Shown: positions 1-13,097 of the stretch, piece by piece | How positions within the stretch are numbered: the stretch's first letter is position 1 | Layout: each line of letters begins with the position of its first letter | Assembly: GCA_047967505.1 (NCBI GenBank) | Contig: CM106538.1 | Source of the DNA: Dipteris shenzhenensis | Lineage: Eukaryota | Strand: one strand, 5' to 3' | DNA: 64,000 nt | Position numbers and translations under genes: made by a program | Notes under the pieces: generated by a model | The model's database searches: none | Told to the model about the DNA's origin: nothing | The model's input: the letters and a program-made list of their open reading frames with translations, nothing else

Positions 1-59
1 ATATTACTATTGGTATTAGCAATATTACCACCAATAGTATGTAGTTGCTAAAAAATTCT

Positions 60-640
60 ATGATTTATGTGCTCTTTCTCTTCTATAGATGCCTTGTCTA
101 ACAATGGCATACACAATGTGTGCTATGAAGGCAACTTGAAGCCTGGTCCATAGTTAGCAATGCAATTCCATGCAGCTCTCATATCATCGTTATTGACCAT
201 ACTTAGTGGATATTTTGACTGCAGGATTGATCTACCAAGTACATACTAGGCATTCTCCAAATCTTGAATCCAGATGCTCTCAACTATTGTGCGTTGCCTG
301 AAGTTAGGAGTCATAGTTGTTGATCTAGCTTCACAAACCATAGGTGGAGATTTATCTTGCATTCTAGTGTCCACATAAGGAGTTCTGGCATGGGAGGCTA
401 CAACACCTGTACTTCCGTCACTGTGTATGCTTATAAACTCTACTCCAATTACACCTTGACTTTCCCTTGGATTTTCCCATAAGATTACAACTTCTCGAAC
501 ACAATGCTGAATGCTCTTTCTTGAGTCACCGAGCAAGGACCCCGTATTTGATGTGCTCCCCCAAATTTTTGTATTCCACAATACTTGCATTTCCACTCAG
601 TGTAGTCACGAACATTAATGACAAAGTCCCATTCTGGAGA
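60..640 (-). mobile_element. hAT-superfamily transposase remnant (BED zinc finger plus region preceding DUF659), frameshifted
   Basis: Minus-strand frames give WDFVINVRDYTEWKCKYCGIQKFGG (BED-finger-like), then LLGDSRKSIQHC, then MVNNDDMRAAWNCIANYGPGFKLPS*HTLCMPLLDKA. The last matches the GPGFKPPSYHxLRxPLL motif of plant hAT transposases. Confidence 0.65.
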
Positions 641-1221
641 GGATTACCAAAAAGTGAACGAACCAAAAAAAGCGAGCAAGAAAAAGTGAGCAAGCCAAAA
701 AAGACAATCAAAACAAAACAATAATAGATCGACAAATCCTTATTTTAGCAATTGTTTAAGTTCTTCAAAAGTCCATGAGAGAGTTGGACCTATTTCATTG
801 CCAAGGCATCATTAGTAAAGACACATCCCTATCTTCGCTCACTTTTAGTTTTTTAATTATTTGTAATCCTCCATACTCAAGTTCTCTATCTCCATCAACA
901 TAAGTGAGATCACCGATGAAATCTTCCACACAAGTCAAAAGTCTCATAGGACATCTTGAATGGAATAGTCTACATTACATGCATGTGCAAATGCTTGGTT
1001 TTTGAAACTCTATTCACTCTTGGAACAAAACCCATGTTTTTTTGTTTGCGAAAAAACCCTCCCTAATGAATCACTCTTACATCCCACCAATCCAACAAAA
1101 TCTGAAGAGTAATTACATGCCTTTCTTTAAAATGAATTAAATTCCAAAACAAATCAATCTTTGCTTATAGAAATCAATGGTAGAAGCCAAAATAGATAAC
1201 ATATTGACATGGTCCCAATTA

Positions 1222-1803
1222 GGTAAACTTTCCTCTGGATTTGATGCAAGAAATTGGCTAATTGTTTATTTAAATCACATTTTGATGCATGAAGTTTTAT
1301 TAAATGGTGCAAAAGGTCATGATAATCATTTAAATCATGCCTTGCCATTTGTTTTGATATGTAACATGACCCCATTTGGATTTGTAAATCAAAAGATATA
1401 GGACGTCGAAACTTTCATCTTTTGGACCAAAAGAGGGAGCGCGTTAACGCGCTACCTATTTTGGCCCAAAAGATGAGAATTTAGGCATCCTAAATTCTCA
1501 TCTTTTGGGCCAAAACAGGCGGTGCCTAAATTCGTATCCTAAATTCTCATCTCAAAGGGCCAAAATAGGTGATGCGCATTAACGCACCCCTCTTTTGGCC
1601 CAAAAAATGAGAATTTTGATGTCCTATATCTTTTGATTTACAAATCCAAATGGGGTCATGTTACATATAAAAGCGAATGGGAAGGCATGATTTAGATGAT
1701 TATCATGACCTTTTGCACCATTTAGTAAAACTTCATGCATCAAAATCTAAATTTAATGGAATTTTGGCTAGTTTCTTGCACTAGATTTAGAGCAAGGCCA
1801 CTC
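1222..1803. mobile_element. Foldback MITE (Tourist/PIF-Harbinger-like) with long terminal inverted repeats and TTA target-site duplication
   Basis: 1281-1404 is the near-perfect reverse complement of 1621-1744, and gap-free but weaker complementarity extends to both ends. TTA flanks both sides (1219-1221 and 1804-1806). No coding capacity. Confidence 0.75.
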
Positions 1804-1859
1804 TTATTAAGAGCATGTTAGATCTCTATCTATATATTGGGAAAAAAACAATCAAATGT

Positions 1860-2380
1860 TTTCTATGCAAGTTCTTCTGATGAAAATGTAAAGAACACTT
1901 TTACCAAGGTAGACTTTTAATAACATGTTATGATCATGTTTGATGTTGAAGTTTTTATTGAATGATGCACTTCAACTAGACACAACTTGTTGGTAGCCAA
2001 AGCATTTCTATACAAGCTCATCTCGTGAGAACAAATAACACTATCACTAAGGTAGACTTACAAGCTTATGTTATAATCATCTTCAAAATTATGGTGATAT
2101 TATAAATCTTTATTGACGATCAGTACATTCATATAGTGAGGTTATGTTTTTCTCAAGTGATGCACTTCAACTATATACTTCAACTATATAGTACCTGTTG
2201 TTGATAGCCAAAGTATTTCTATTTAAGCTCATCTCATAGAATATAGAACACTATTACTAATGTGCACTTGCAATATTATGCTATAATCATGTTCAATGTT
2301 GAGGAAGCACTATAAATCTTTATTAATGATGAGTACATACATATAATGAGATTATGTGTTGGTATCCCAACCATTTCTAC
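1860..2380. repeat. Degenerate tandem repeat, about 200-bp unit, about 2.5 copies
   Basis: Recurring blocks tgatgcacttcaacta, tagccaaag(c/t)atttcta, aagctcatctc and tataaatctttatt. Confidence 0.6.
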
Positions 2381-2399
2381 TTTGATCGCCTTTTCTCCC

Positions 2400-5248
2400 T
2401 TGCTTATTTGGTCCTGCTCACTCGACATCGCTCGCTTGATCGACTACCTCCATTCTAGACCATGTGACTTATGTTTTTCCCCCTATGCAAGTGGAATACG
2501 TCTTTGAGAGGATTGTGACACCTACATAAATCCTCTCCTTGTATCTTGGTTAACAACTTCATAGGGTGGATCAAGCATTGGAGTAGTGCCTATTTTGGCA
2601 ATGAGATCCTCTCTTGCAAGTCCTTGTTCAACCCTGAGAACATTTTCAGGCATATGAATACTAGCATGGGCATGACTTGATGCATCCACAGTTTGCCTAG
2701 TCACAACTCGTGTACATGGGAAACTGTGAATCTGTAGCTCACAGTACCACCAGTACTTAAGATAAACCCCAGATCCACCATCGACTAGTACCTGTGAAAA
2801 GCTTTGTCCATTTATGCTCACGGAGATAATTGGTATCCGAATGTCAGTGAGAGGTATAGTCGCAATTGGCACTGATGCGGCATGAAAGGCATCCACCTCC
2901 GGTACCGGTGACACTTCGGTGAGCGTCTGCGAGTCTCTTAGAATTTGTAGCACCAATTGCAACAATAGTCCCAAGGAGATCTGAATGGGTACCTCCAGAA
3001 GGTCTTCCACACCGTCATCATTTATCTAGGCCAAAACCCAATCTGGCTGCGTGTCTGCCCTTGTCATTCCTCCGAAGCTTGGTTTTGGGATCCCCTTGAA
3101 ACTCTTGGTATGACCTCCTAAGTGGCCTAGTTCTTGCATGGCTGCAGGATACGGTACCTCCTCGAACTAGACTTTGTGGGCTTTTCTTGCTCTTGAAGTA
3201 GCCGTTAGTTATCTTTTGTTGGGACCGCTTCCTACACCCAATTGAGCACTTGCCCCACCATCGCACCGCCTCTTACATAGGCCAATGAAGTAATGCGGGT
3301 TTTCTCCCTACTTTGGTCCACATCGCTTAGCCTGATCGAGCTACCACAGTCAATTCTGTTGCAAAGGCTGGGTTGTCCTCCACGATTTATACCACATATA
3401 TGCTAGGCATCTTCCCTGCCATCTTTTGATGCTCTTGCTTCTAGTGATCCCATTCTTGAGCCTATGGCACTCATTCTACCAGTGACCTTCACCCAGGTAG
3501 AAGAAGCACGCCTTTGCTACAGACCACCTCCTCCTCTACCACCTCGTCCATGACCACAATCCCCTCCACTGCCACCTCTAGCTAGAGGTTGTTCCTGAAC
3601 TTTCGTGGTACCAACTTGCTGCACATATGCCGCATCCGTTGTAGTTGCAGTGCTCCGTTGTGTGTGTATTGGTCTGGCAAATCACACACCACCGTTAATT
3701 CATCGTGCACTCTATTGCAAAATGCCTTGGAAACCTGCAGTGCACACACCAACGATCTGCATTTGGACTTCTTGCAGAGTGACTTGCAGACGCTGTCGAG
3801 TTTCCCTTCCCTCCTTTTGAGGTCTTTTTAGGCTTCTTTACCTCCTAAGAATGCCTCCAATTCATCACTGCTTTCTTTCGATGAGCTTTCTACAAACTAT
3901 CCTCATTCGACTCTTCATCGTATCCCTTCATTTTTCCCTTGAAGATTGCTTTTTGGCTTTGCCCTTACTCTTGAATGATCGTCTGTGCTTCGCCATTCCC
4001 CCTTGTAGAGCTTCACCTGCCGGATTTCCTGATTGATCAGATTGTTCAAGGGTAAAGTGGCCATTGTCGCCACTGCAGCCTGTACGTCCTTGGCTAGGCT
4101 ACTGATAAAATAATTGTTCAACACTCCATTGCTGGTCATTGAATGATTGGGACCCTTTGCAAAAGTTGGCGGTATTGAGCTGCGTAGTCCATGTTCGGAT
4201 AACCTTGTCTCAAGACTCTCAGCCCCTCCAATGTTTGTGGAATCGTTTTCTCCTTACTATGAAACCACCGTAGAAAAGCGACCTTGATTTCATCATAATT
4301 CTAGAAGTGGTCCAAGGCATACTTTACCAACCAACGTGATGCTTTAGCCTCCAACATGGACTCAAAGACTACCCCCTTTTGCATTGGATCCACCACACCA
4401 GGCACATTGAGAGCATAAATTTTTATCAAACTGGCAAATGTGGGCATCCGGATCATCACGAGTCTTCCCCTAGAATTTTGTATACTTCACATGAGCTGCC
4501 ACCATTACAATTGGATTGGCCAGAATGATCGAGGCAATCGGTGCCTTTGGCATTGGCCCCCCAGCTACTGTCATCGCTTGTAGGGTGAAGAACAAACTAT
4601 GAGCCCCAATAAGATGCCGCCCGCTGACTATCGATGAAGATGGCTCACTTACATGTTGATCTCGTGGAAAAAGATGCACCACATCGTCTACATTTAGATT
4701 ATGGTTGTAGGGCTCACGTGCATTCATCTGCGAGTTGTGGCTCGAACTAGGCTCCACCATGTCCTAGTATGCCACCACCAGCATCTAGTGGGGTCCGCTG
4801 AATATCTCGGTCCACATGCAAGTCTCTGTTTGTAGAGAGAGAATATCTAGGCTAATAGGGCAGCCTTGTTGTCGGTACTAGTGGATCCGGAGGTCCTTGC
4901 GACCTCGTCTACATTCATGCCATGGGTTAGGATTGCAATTCTATGAGTGAGACGATCAATGCCTGCATGAAGCAATCAAACTTGATAAACCAATTTGCTT
5001 GCGAAGTGATGATGACCAAAACGAGCGTGCTAGGATCGTGTATTCACCACAAAAAGGTCCTCGAGCACAGTATTGAGTTGTTGTCATCTGTGGCCAATGA
5101 GACCTTCCAAGTTAGCCACCCACTGAACCCTCTGATCATGGGTGCATCACATGTCATCCCTCCTGGCAATGTTGACATGAACGATGCGCCGTAGGGCTCG
5201 ATGCACACCCTACATGCACAAAACTTCTAAGTGAATTGTGGTCACCAA
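2400..5248 (-). mobile_element. Ty3/gypsy-type retrotransposon internal region (gag, zinc knuckle, aspartic protease), degenerate
   Basis: Protease motif VLVDGGSGV near 2764-2792. Gag-like KYTKF*GKTRDDPDAHICQF near 4430-4490. Cys/His knuckle remnant near 3600-3640. Many stop codons. Confidence 0.75.
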
Positions 5249-5495
5249 TGTGTAACGCACTAAGCCATAGGGTGCTACAAAAAGAAAACATGCATACTCA
5301 CACACACACAACATAGAGTATACGGAAAAGAATCAAGACACAGTGTATCTGAATCTCTGAATATGCATAATGATCACGAGACACTTGATCCTGTGGATAT
5401 ACAATGTATGCGGTTGCAACCGTTGGCTAAAGGGTTGTGGCCACTTGTGCCCCTTGCAATCTGTGCTAACCCCGTAGGTTGTTAATGCCTTAACA
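5249..5495 (-). mobile_element. 5' LTR of the gypsy element at 2400-5248
   Basis: On the minus strand it starts TGTTAAGG and ends GTTACACA, followed by a PBS-like TTGGTGACCA. Confidence 0.55.
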
Positions 5496-5600
5496 TTCTC
5501 TATCACTATCTATGTGGGGCAAGAGCCAGAACAAGTAACCCAAAACCACTGATCTTGGAAACCGGGAAAACCAGTGTTTTGGAACCCAGAAATCAAGTTC

Positions 5601-7319
5601 TTAATGGTATGAAAAAAGATGAGTGACAAAAGATCCCAACATTGCCAGAGGGGAAATGGTGAGAACTGATGAGTGCTGAGTGGTGTCTAGCAGTATCTGT
5701 TGGTAGTCGTCCCTGATATGTGTATATCTACGGCATTGTAGCACTAAATGTGCCTCTGTCTCGACTGTCTGTGAATCATAGAATTTGCAAACTCTGGCAT
5801 GTTGTGGCAAATTCAGCCAAGCTCCTTTCCCTATTGCCAAGGTGTGTGATCGTATGCGGAATTTGGCAATATTCTTGCGATAGAGAAGAGGGATGGGAGT
5901 GTTGATGTATGGTTGAGCAGAGGCATCTGATGTCATGAATGATGACCAGCATAGGGGGTTTATTTGATCTTGGTAGTATTCTAACTTTGTCATTTTTTCT
6001 GCTGTCAACCATTGAGCCTGTAGGGTGCATAGTAAGGACAACTAGAATTCTTGTAGATTGACCTTTTCAGGTGGCATAGTCAAGTATGATTCCACTTTCC
6101 ATCTGCTAACCATTTCCTTATGTCTGTCTCCCATCCTATACAGATGATCTTGCTTTTATGGTTTTTTTAAAGTTTCATACTTTCTGTCCATGCTCTGTGT
6201 GGTAATCTATTTGTTGGCATTTGTTGCACATCCACTAGATACTGCATCACTTTGATCAGTGCATGAAACTCAATTGGCCTCCTGCCCATTTCCAAAAGGA
6301 GCATTGAGTAAGGGGTAGTAGCCTTGACTCCTAGATGTCATTGTAGGAATGCGTTCTGCATTTTTTCAATCTCATTCCATGTGGATGGAGAGATGCTACC
6401 TCCCCATACTTCTACTCCATATAGCACTGTTTGAACTACATATATATCAAACAACATATTCTGGATCTTCCAATTCTGGGTGTTAGTGTGCCTACAGTCA
6501 TTTTCAAATTGATAGTTTTTTCCCCAACCTGTATCCAACCTTGTTTGTTCATATTGCCACCATCTGTGGTCGGCTGGTATGTTGATTCCCAAGTATTTAA
6601 AGGTATTGACATATTCAATGGGTTGCCCCTCAAAGCCAATAATAGGAGGATGTTTAGGTTGGGTGGTGCATACTACCATCATTTTGGTTTTGGTGATGTT
6701 AACTTGCAGCCCGATTTCATTGCAAAAGACCTGAAGTGTCTGTAGTAGGTGATGCATGGAATCGGGGTCATAGGAAAAAGAACCACGTCATCTAAATATA
6801 GAAGCAACAGTATTGTCCATAGCCCAAGCTTGGGTCCTTGTATCCCTTCTCTTGCAGCAAATTCAGTTATGAGTTCTTCTAGCTTGTGAATGCAGATTCC
6901 TAACAGTGTACATGAGAGAGGACAGCCTTGTTTTACCCCCATATTACTTTGAAATGTAGCTAACAGTCCATGCTCTTGTTTTAGTCAGCGTAATACTTTC
7001 TTGTAAATTCAGGAGATGCCTATCCTTAATGCCAAGGGGACTCTGAGGTCTTGCATTCTTTTCCATAGGCCCCCTCTCAGGACTGTATCAAATGCCTTCT
7101 CAAAATCTATAAAACAGCACAAAAGAGTTTTTCCTTTTAGTTAGCTTTCATCCATGAGTACTCTTAATGTGACCAGATGATCTGCAGTTTTATGCTCTTT
7201 ATGGAAGCCTGCTTGTCCAGTGGCCCTCTTCTTGGTCTCTTCGGCCCAAGTGCTAATTTTTTCTTCAAGCACTGTGCTAAAAAGTTTAGCTAGTGTGGAG
7301 TTGACCATTATAGTTCTGT

Positions 7320-7321
<2 letters not shown>
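5601..7321 (-). mobile_element. Non-LTR retrotransposon (LINE, RTE/RTEX-like) ORF2 3' part: reverse transcriptase plus C-terminal Cys/His motif; 5' truncated at a (GA)n run
   Basis: RT motifs CFIDFEKAFDTV, GVKQGCPLS, LLYLDDVVL and FKYLGI. C-terminal RSHTLAIGKGAW...VCKFYDSQTVETEAHLVLQC. Frameshifts and stops present. Confidence 0.85.
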
Positions 7322-7374
<53 letters not shown>

Positions 7375-8750
7375 TAGGTATACAAAATAAGTTTCCCAAG
7401 GAAGGCATGCCTAGGAGTTCATTGGGATTTGATTATAAAATTTACAAAAAATCATACAAATGCTATGTCCTCAAAATTCAAATCAATTAGTCTCTTTGAC
7501 CATTAATGATTTTGATTAATGTGCATTAGTATTTCTTCCCCCCTCCCCCCCCTTGCCTATCTATATCTGCTTCAATCTTAGATGAATTCACTGTGGAACC
7601 CATGAGGATCCTCTAGTGACAAAAAGAGACACCCCTGTAGGAAGGTAGGAAGAGGGGGGAAGAGAGAGCTCGGGATCCTTGGTTGAGGGAATTGGAGTGT
7701 TGCCTTTTGATAAGAAAGAAGAAGAGAAGAAGAAGGCAGCTCAATGGAGGGTGGTAGAGAACAAACATACATGCTTTTTAATGTGTCATTTCTCTATCCT
7801 TGAAATTGTTAAATACACCATTTTTTATATGTGGCTGCCATTTGTATAAAGGAGTTGTGTGTGCGCACACATACACTCACTATTTATCCTTTATAGACAT
7901 GTATATTCTCCTTCCTCCCCTAGTTACACCTCTCATTGCCCCTCTACCTCTGTCCCTCTAGCTTACCCCTTTTCTCTTGCCCTCCTGTTTAGCTCTTGCC
8001 AACCTTGGCCCATCCTCCCTATCCCTTTGCCCCTTCCCCTCACCCTATGTTGGCCCATCCTCCCTATCCCTTTGCATGTCTCTCCCTATTGCCACAATAT
8101 GTATGCCTTGCCTCCCCACCCCCCTCCCTTGCATGGTCTTCCTTTCCCCTCACCACCCTCCCTTCCCCTCGCCCCTCTCCCTTCCCTCCCCTAGTCCCTG
8201 TCCATTTTTCCTAGGGATGATTCATTTTATGCATCATCATTGATGTGTGTGTGTATGTGTGCACACGCATGGTAAGTGTCCTATGTTTATGCTTTATTTT
8301 GCTTTATGGCAAGAACTAGGGGGGCTATATTTGTATGGTTTAAGACAAGCTTGGATTTGGGAATCTTTTGGTCCTTGAAAAGTCTTCTATGCTAACATTC
8401 TAGTTAGATAAATATGTCTAAGCTGAAATTTGCATTATGGTCAATGGAATATGTTCCATGGACAATAGGAGCTAGGTCCCCTATGGTGAATGAGTCATCA
8501 ATGCACATATTTTGGGATTGTATTATTTTATGAGGATGTGAAGTTATATCTATGGGCTTGACTTTGCGAGACTTTTGTGGGAGGTCTCCAAGTCTTCTTG
8601 CAAGGTAGGAATATAAGATTCAAAAGTTGTGTTTGCCAATGTCTGATTTGGAAATTTAAGGCTCCTATGGTTAATGAATTATGTGGGATGTAGATCTGAG
8701 TGGGAGGGGTCTTTGATTGCTACTAGTTAATACAACCTTCAAGAACAAGG

Positions 8751-8795
<45 letters not shown>

Positions 8796-8830
8796 GTATG
8801 TATAATTTGTTGAGACTCTGTATGTGTGTT

Positions 8831-8925
<95 letters not shown>

Positions 8926-9582
8926 TTATGGAATGATGGGCCTTGATGTTATGCTTGGAGTCCAAAGAATTCATACATGCATTTGCATGCCCCACCCCCT
9001 CCTCCTATGAAAAGTTGATCTGAGATTGAAATAATTAGTCATCTATTCCGTGGTCATTTGTCTTCTCCTTCCTTCCCCCCTTACATCTCTCATTGCCCCT
9101 CTACCTCTGTCCCTCTCGCTTACCCCTTTGCTCTTGCCCTCCTGTTCAGATCTCGCCAGCCCCTCCCCATGTTGGCCCATCGCCCCTTCCCCTCGCCCTA
9201 TATTGGCCCATCCTACCTATCCCTTTGCATGTCTCTCCCCTTGCTACAATATGTATGTTTTGCCTTCCCACCCACCCTCCCTTGCGTGGTCCTCCTTTCC
9301 CCTCACCCCTCTAAGTGCCCTCCCTTCCCCTCGTCCCTCTCCCTTCGCTCCCCTCGCCCTTGTCCATTATCCATCTCAGCACTCCCTTCACTCCCTCAAC
9401 TTTCCTCTCTCCTTGCCTTTATCCCTTACCCATGTCCCTGCCCAACCCTCTCCCTCTTATTCTCACTATTTGTCATTTATAGATACGTATATATGTACAT
9501 ATAGAGTTATATATTTATATATACACATATTCATTATATATTTTTTCATATATGTATGTGTGTGTGTGTGTGTGTGAATGTG

Positions 9583-9632
<50 letters not shown>

Positions 9633-10657
9633 TAGATATAAAATAAATTTTCTTGAGGAAGGCACGCCTAGGTATTCATTGGGATTTGATTAGAAAATTC
9701 ACTTAAAATTCTTACAATTTCAAATTAATTAGTCTCTTCATATTATCATATCATGGTGGATTATTTTGCAAGGCCTGACTAGCCTTATAGTCACACACAT
9801 GCACAAACAGAGACACACAGACACATGCAGACACAATTTTTTGGCAAGGGTTGACCACCCTTATAATACATTCAACAGGTATTTGTTTTAAGAAAAAAAT
9901 ATTTAATGCATTGCTTCTTCACTTTTTATGCATGGTGTTCTGTATTCCAATGTTGTCATTGGCCAAGACAATCACAAAGTCAATAAATTCTATTCTATTT
10001 TTTTTGGAGATGATTCGTTTTATGCATAATCATTGATGTGTGTGTGTGTGCGCGTGCGCTCGCGTGCGTGTGTGTGTGTGTGGTAGGTGTCCTATGTTTA
10101 AGCAAGATCTATGCTTTATTTTGCTTTATGGCAAGAACTAAGGGGGCTATATTTGTATGGTTTAAGACAAGCTTGGATTTGGGAATCTTTTGGTGCTTGA
10201 AAAGTCTTCTATGGTAACATTTCAGCTAGATAAAGATGTCTAAGCTGAAAATTGCACCGCATTTTGTTCAATGGAATATGTTCCATGGTTAGTAGGAGCT
10301 AGGTCCCCTATGGTGAATTAGTCATTAGTGCAATTTATTTTAGGAGGACGTGAAGGTATATCTATAGGCTTGACTTGCAAGACTTTCACAAAAAGTCTCC
10401 AAGTCTTCTTGCAAGGTAGGAATGGTAGATTCAAAAGTTATGTTTCCCAAAGTCTGATTTGGAAATTTAAGGCTCCTATGGTGAATGAACAATGTGGGAT
10501 GTAGATCTGAGTGGGAGGGGTCTTTGATTGCTACAAGTTTATGTGACCTTCAAGAGCAAGAAGTGTATATATATATATATATATATACTTCTTGCTACAA
10601 GTTTATGTGACCTTCAAGAGCAAGAAGTGTGTGTGTGTGTGTGTGTATATATATATT

Positions 10658-10744
<87 letters not shown>

Positions 10745-10810
10745 ATAGTGATAGAGTAGTGATGGACCTTGATGCTATGCTTGGATTTTAAAGAATTCAT
10801 ACATGTAAGA
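7322..10810. repeat. Patchwork of duplicated modules separated by (GA)n, (TA)n and (TG)n microsatellites
   Basis: 7370-7495 resembles 9628-9737; 7905-8205 resembles 9062-9368; 8215-8980 resembles 10005-10805. Long (GA)n runs at about 7323-7370, 8847-8922, 9585-9628 and 10661-10741. Confidence 0.85.
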
Positions 10811-12503
10811 ATTCTATGAATTCGAGTAGCATGACCCATCTATGATGGGTTAGAGACCCACTCGAGTCTCAAGGTGGGATCTTTAAATCTCTTTTGGTCT
10901 CTGTGTTGGGTCTCAAGGTGTAGTGATCCCTGATGTTGAGCAGCATTCACATTCTTTAATTTCACACATATCTACAACATCTTACATTATGTTTAGGCAC
11001 AATCATGATGGGGGAAACAGAATCAATGTGCTCTATTTCATAAATGAAACTTGCATTTAAGAGCTTCTCTATTCATCATGCACCATGGACGATATTTGGG
11101 ATTTTTTTGATATGGTCCACATACCTTAGATTGGGCACCTTTCGTAATAGGTTTGGTGTGCACCACCACTTCTGGTCAAATTCCTTTCATCTCTTTGTAA
11201 GACCATGCTAGCTAGTCACGGTATTCTATTACAAGTGCCTTAAGTTTTGTTTCTTCTTCTTGGTGAGGTGTTTTCCAATTAATACTAATTGTCTTCATCC
11301 CCTTCAAGGGTGAGGTGGATTGCTTTGGTTTTTTCTGATCCCTCATATATTGGAGTCTCAGCAAGGCTAATAGTTTCTTGTACTTCTGAATCTTGTAGTG
11401 ATCTTGGCAATTCTATAGGGGCACTACAATTTGTATAGTTCTTGAAGCAATCTGGTACTTCATGGATATCCACATCTAATTATTTTGAATTTGTTGAATA
11501 GGTGATAACTCATTGGGGGACTTATTATCAACATCACTCCCTTTAGTATGTTGGGGAATTTCTTTTGTTGTCAGGATCACTCTTCATTCTCACATGCAGT
11601 TTGAATTTTTTGAAACTTTTTACATTGGGAATTGTGGGGTAACTGTTCCACTAGCAAAGTATTTCCAAGTAATGGTTCATCTATTTTGCATGCTCCTTCA
11701 AGACCTTTTGGGTACCATTCATGTTTAGGAGGCTCAGTTGCTAGTGGTACTAGCTTGGTGAGGTACAACTCCACAATCCTTTGTTGCACTCTTTCAAACT
11801 CTTGTAGTGCTCAACCTTGGCTTTGTATCAATTTCCAGCTTCATCTTTCTTTCGAGATCTACTACTATTATGTAACTTTGGATGTTTGACTTTGTGCAAC
11901 TCAATAGCCATGAGGGCATGCAAAATGGCTAAATCATTATTGAAGACATGATCTTTCCATTGAGCATTTTTAGCCTCTCTCTCTAGGTGTCATAGTCCAT
12001 AAGAGTCATCATTGTTAATGATAGTCTCTTTTGGATCACTATCCCATTCAAGGTTGGCCATAAACATTGGAAATGTAGGATCAATTGAACTTTCAGACAT
12101 GATGGGAGATCCTACTTTGCATGACTTTTGCATTAATTTATGGGAGGACTAGATCTAGTGCATGGCAATTGTTGATTGTTGGCGCCAATGCTTGGATCCA
12201 ATTGTTGATATTACTTTGTGTGTCACCTACCAAGGCATTTTGTTGTGGGAGGGATGATTTGCTAGATTCTATGGTAGAGGCGGTATCGTCCAATGGTCTC
12301 GGCACAATGGGTTTGATTGCTCCTATCCCCACATTGATTCTCACCCACGATGTCAGGATTTTTTATTGTGAGTTAATCCATACCCCAATCATGGATCGTT
12401 GATGCTTCTCGTACCCAAGGGCTGTTGAGATATCAAGCTCCACTCATGATATGCCAGGGTGACTATTGTGTATTTATGTCACCGACTTGTTAGCTGCAGA
12501 TGC

Positions 12504-13097
12504 ACCCCCATTTCTCTGCTCTTCAGAAATTAGAAGGGCAAACAACTCTTCAAAATCAGGAAATTTTTCATGGACGGCAATGGATGTCCGAAACTGTGCA
12601 TAATCCTTTCCTAGACCATTCACGGTCACAGAAACTAGATCATCATCTTCCACTGGCGACCCAATGGAAGCAAGTGCATCTGAAATTTTCTTCACCTTCA
12701 TGTGGTAGTCATTTATGCTCAAATTTTCTCTCTACACATTGTGCAACTCCTGTTTGAGCTACATTTTCCTGGCTTGCGTATTTGTGCTATACATTTTTGC
12801 CAAAGTATCCCATGCCTCCTTTGGCATACTTGCATCTTGAATATGCACAATCATAGAATCCGAAATACTGATAGACAGCCAGTACATAACTTTGCTGGCT
12901 CTCTCATGCCATCCTTTAAATGCTTGCATTTCCTGTTGATTGGGAACATTAGGAAGAACTGGTTCTTCTTCATTTCCTGTAATGAACTCCCAATAGCCTT
13001 TTCCCATAAGGAAATTCGTCATTCTAAACTTCCATGCCTGGAAGTTGTTCTTGTCAAGCTTTTCTGTGACAATCTGTGAAAGAGAATCAGACGCCAT
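12504..13097 (-). pseudogene. Copia gag N-terminal half (Retrotran_gag_2/UBN2-like), inverted relative to its own element
   Basis: MASDSLSQIVTEKLDKNNFQAWKFRMTNFLMGKGYW...EAWDTLAKMY...SINDYHMKVKKISDALASIG...LLISEEQR lies on the minus strand, while the rest of the polyprotein is on plus. Confidence 0.88.

Noticed and set aside
8717-9010. ORFs with RERERE, SLSLSL or YIYIYI runs (also 10603-10839 and 57561-57985)
   Set aside because: These are translations of microsatellites.
7859-9577. Proline-rich, extensin-like ORFs
   Set aside because: They arise in all three frames from C/T-rich low-complexity repeats.
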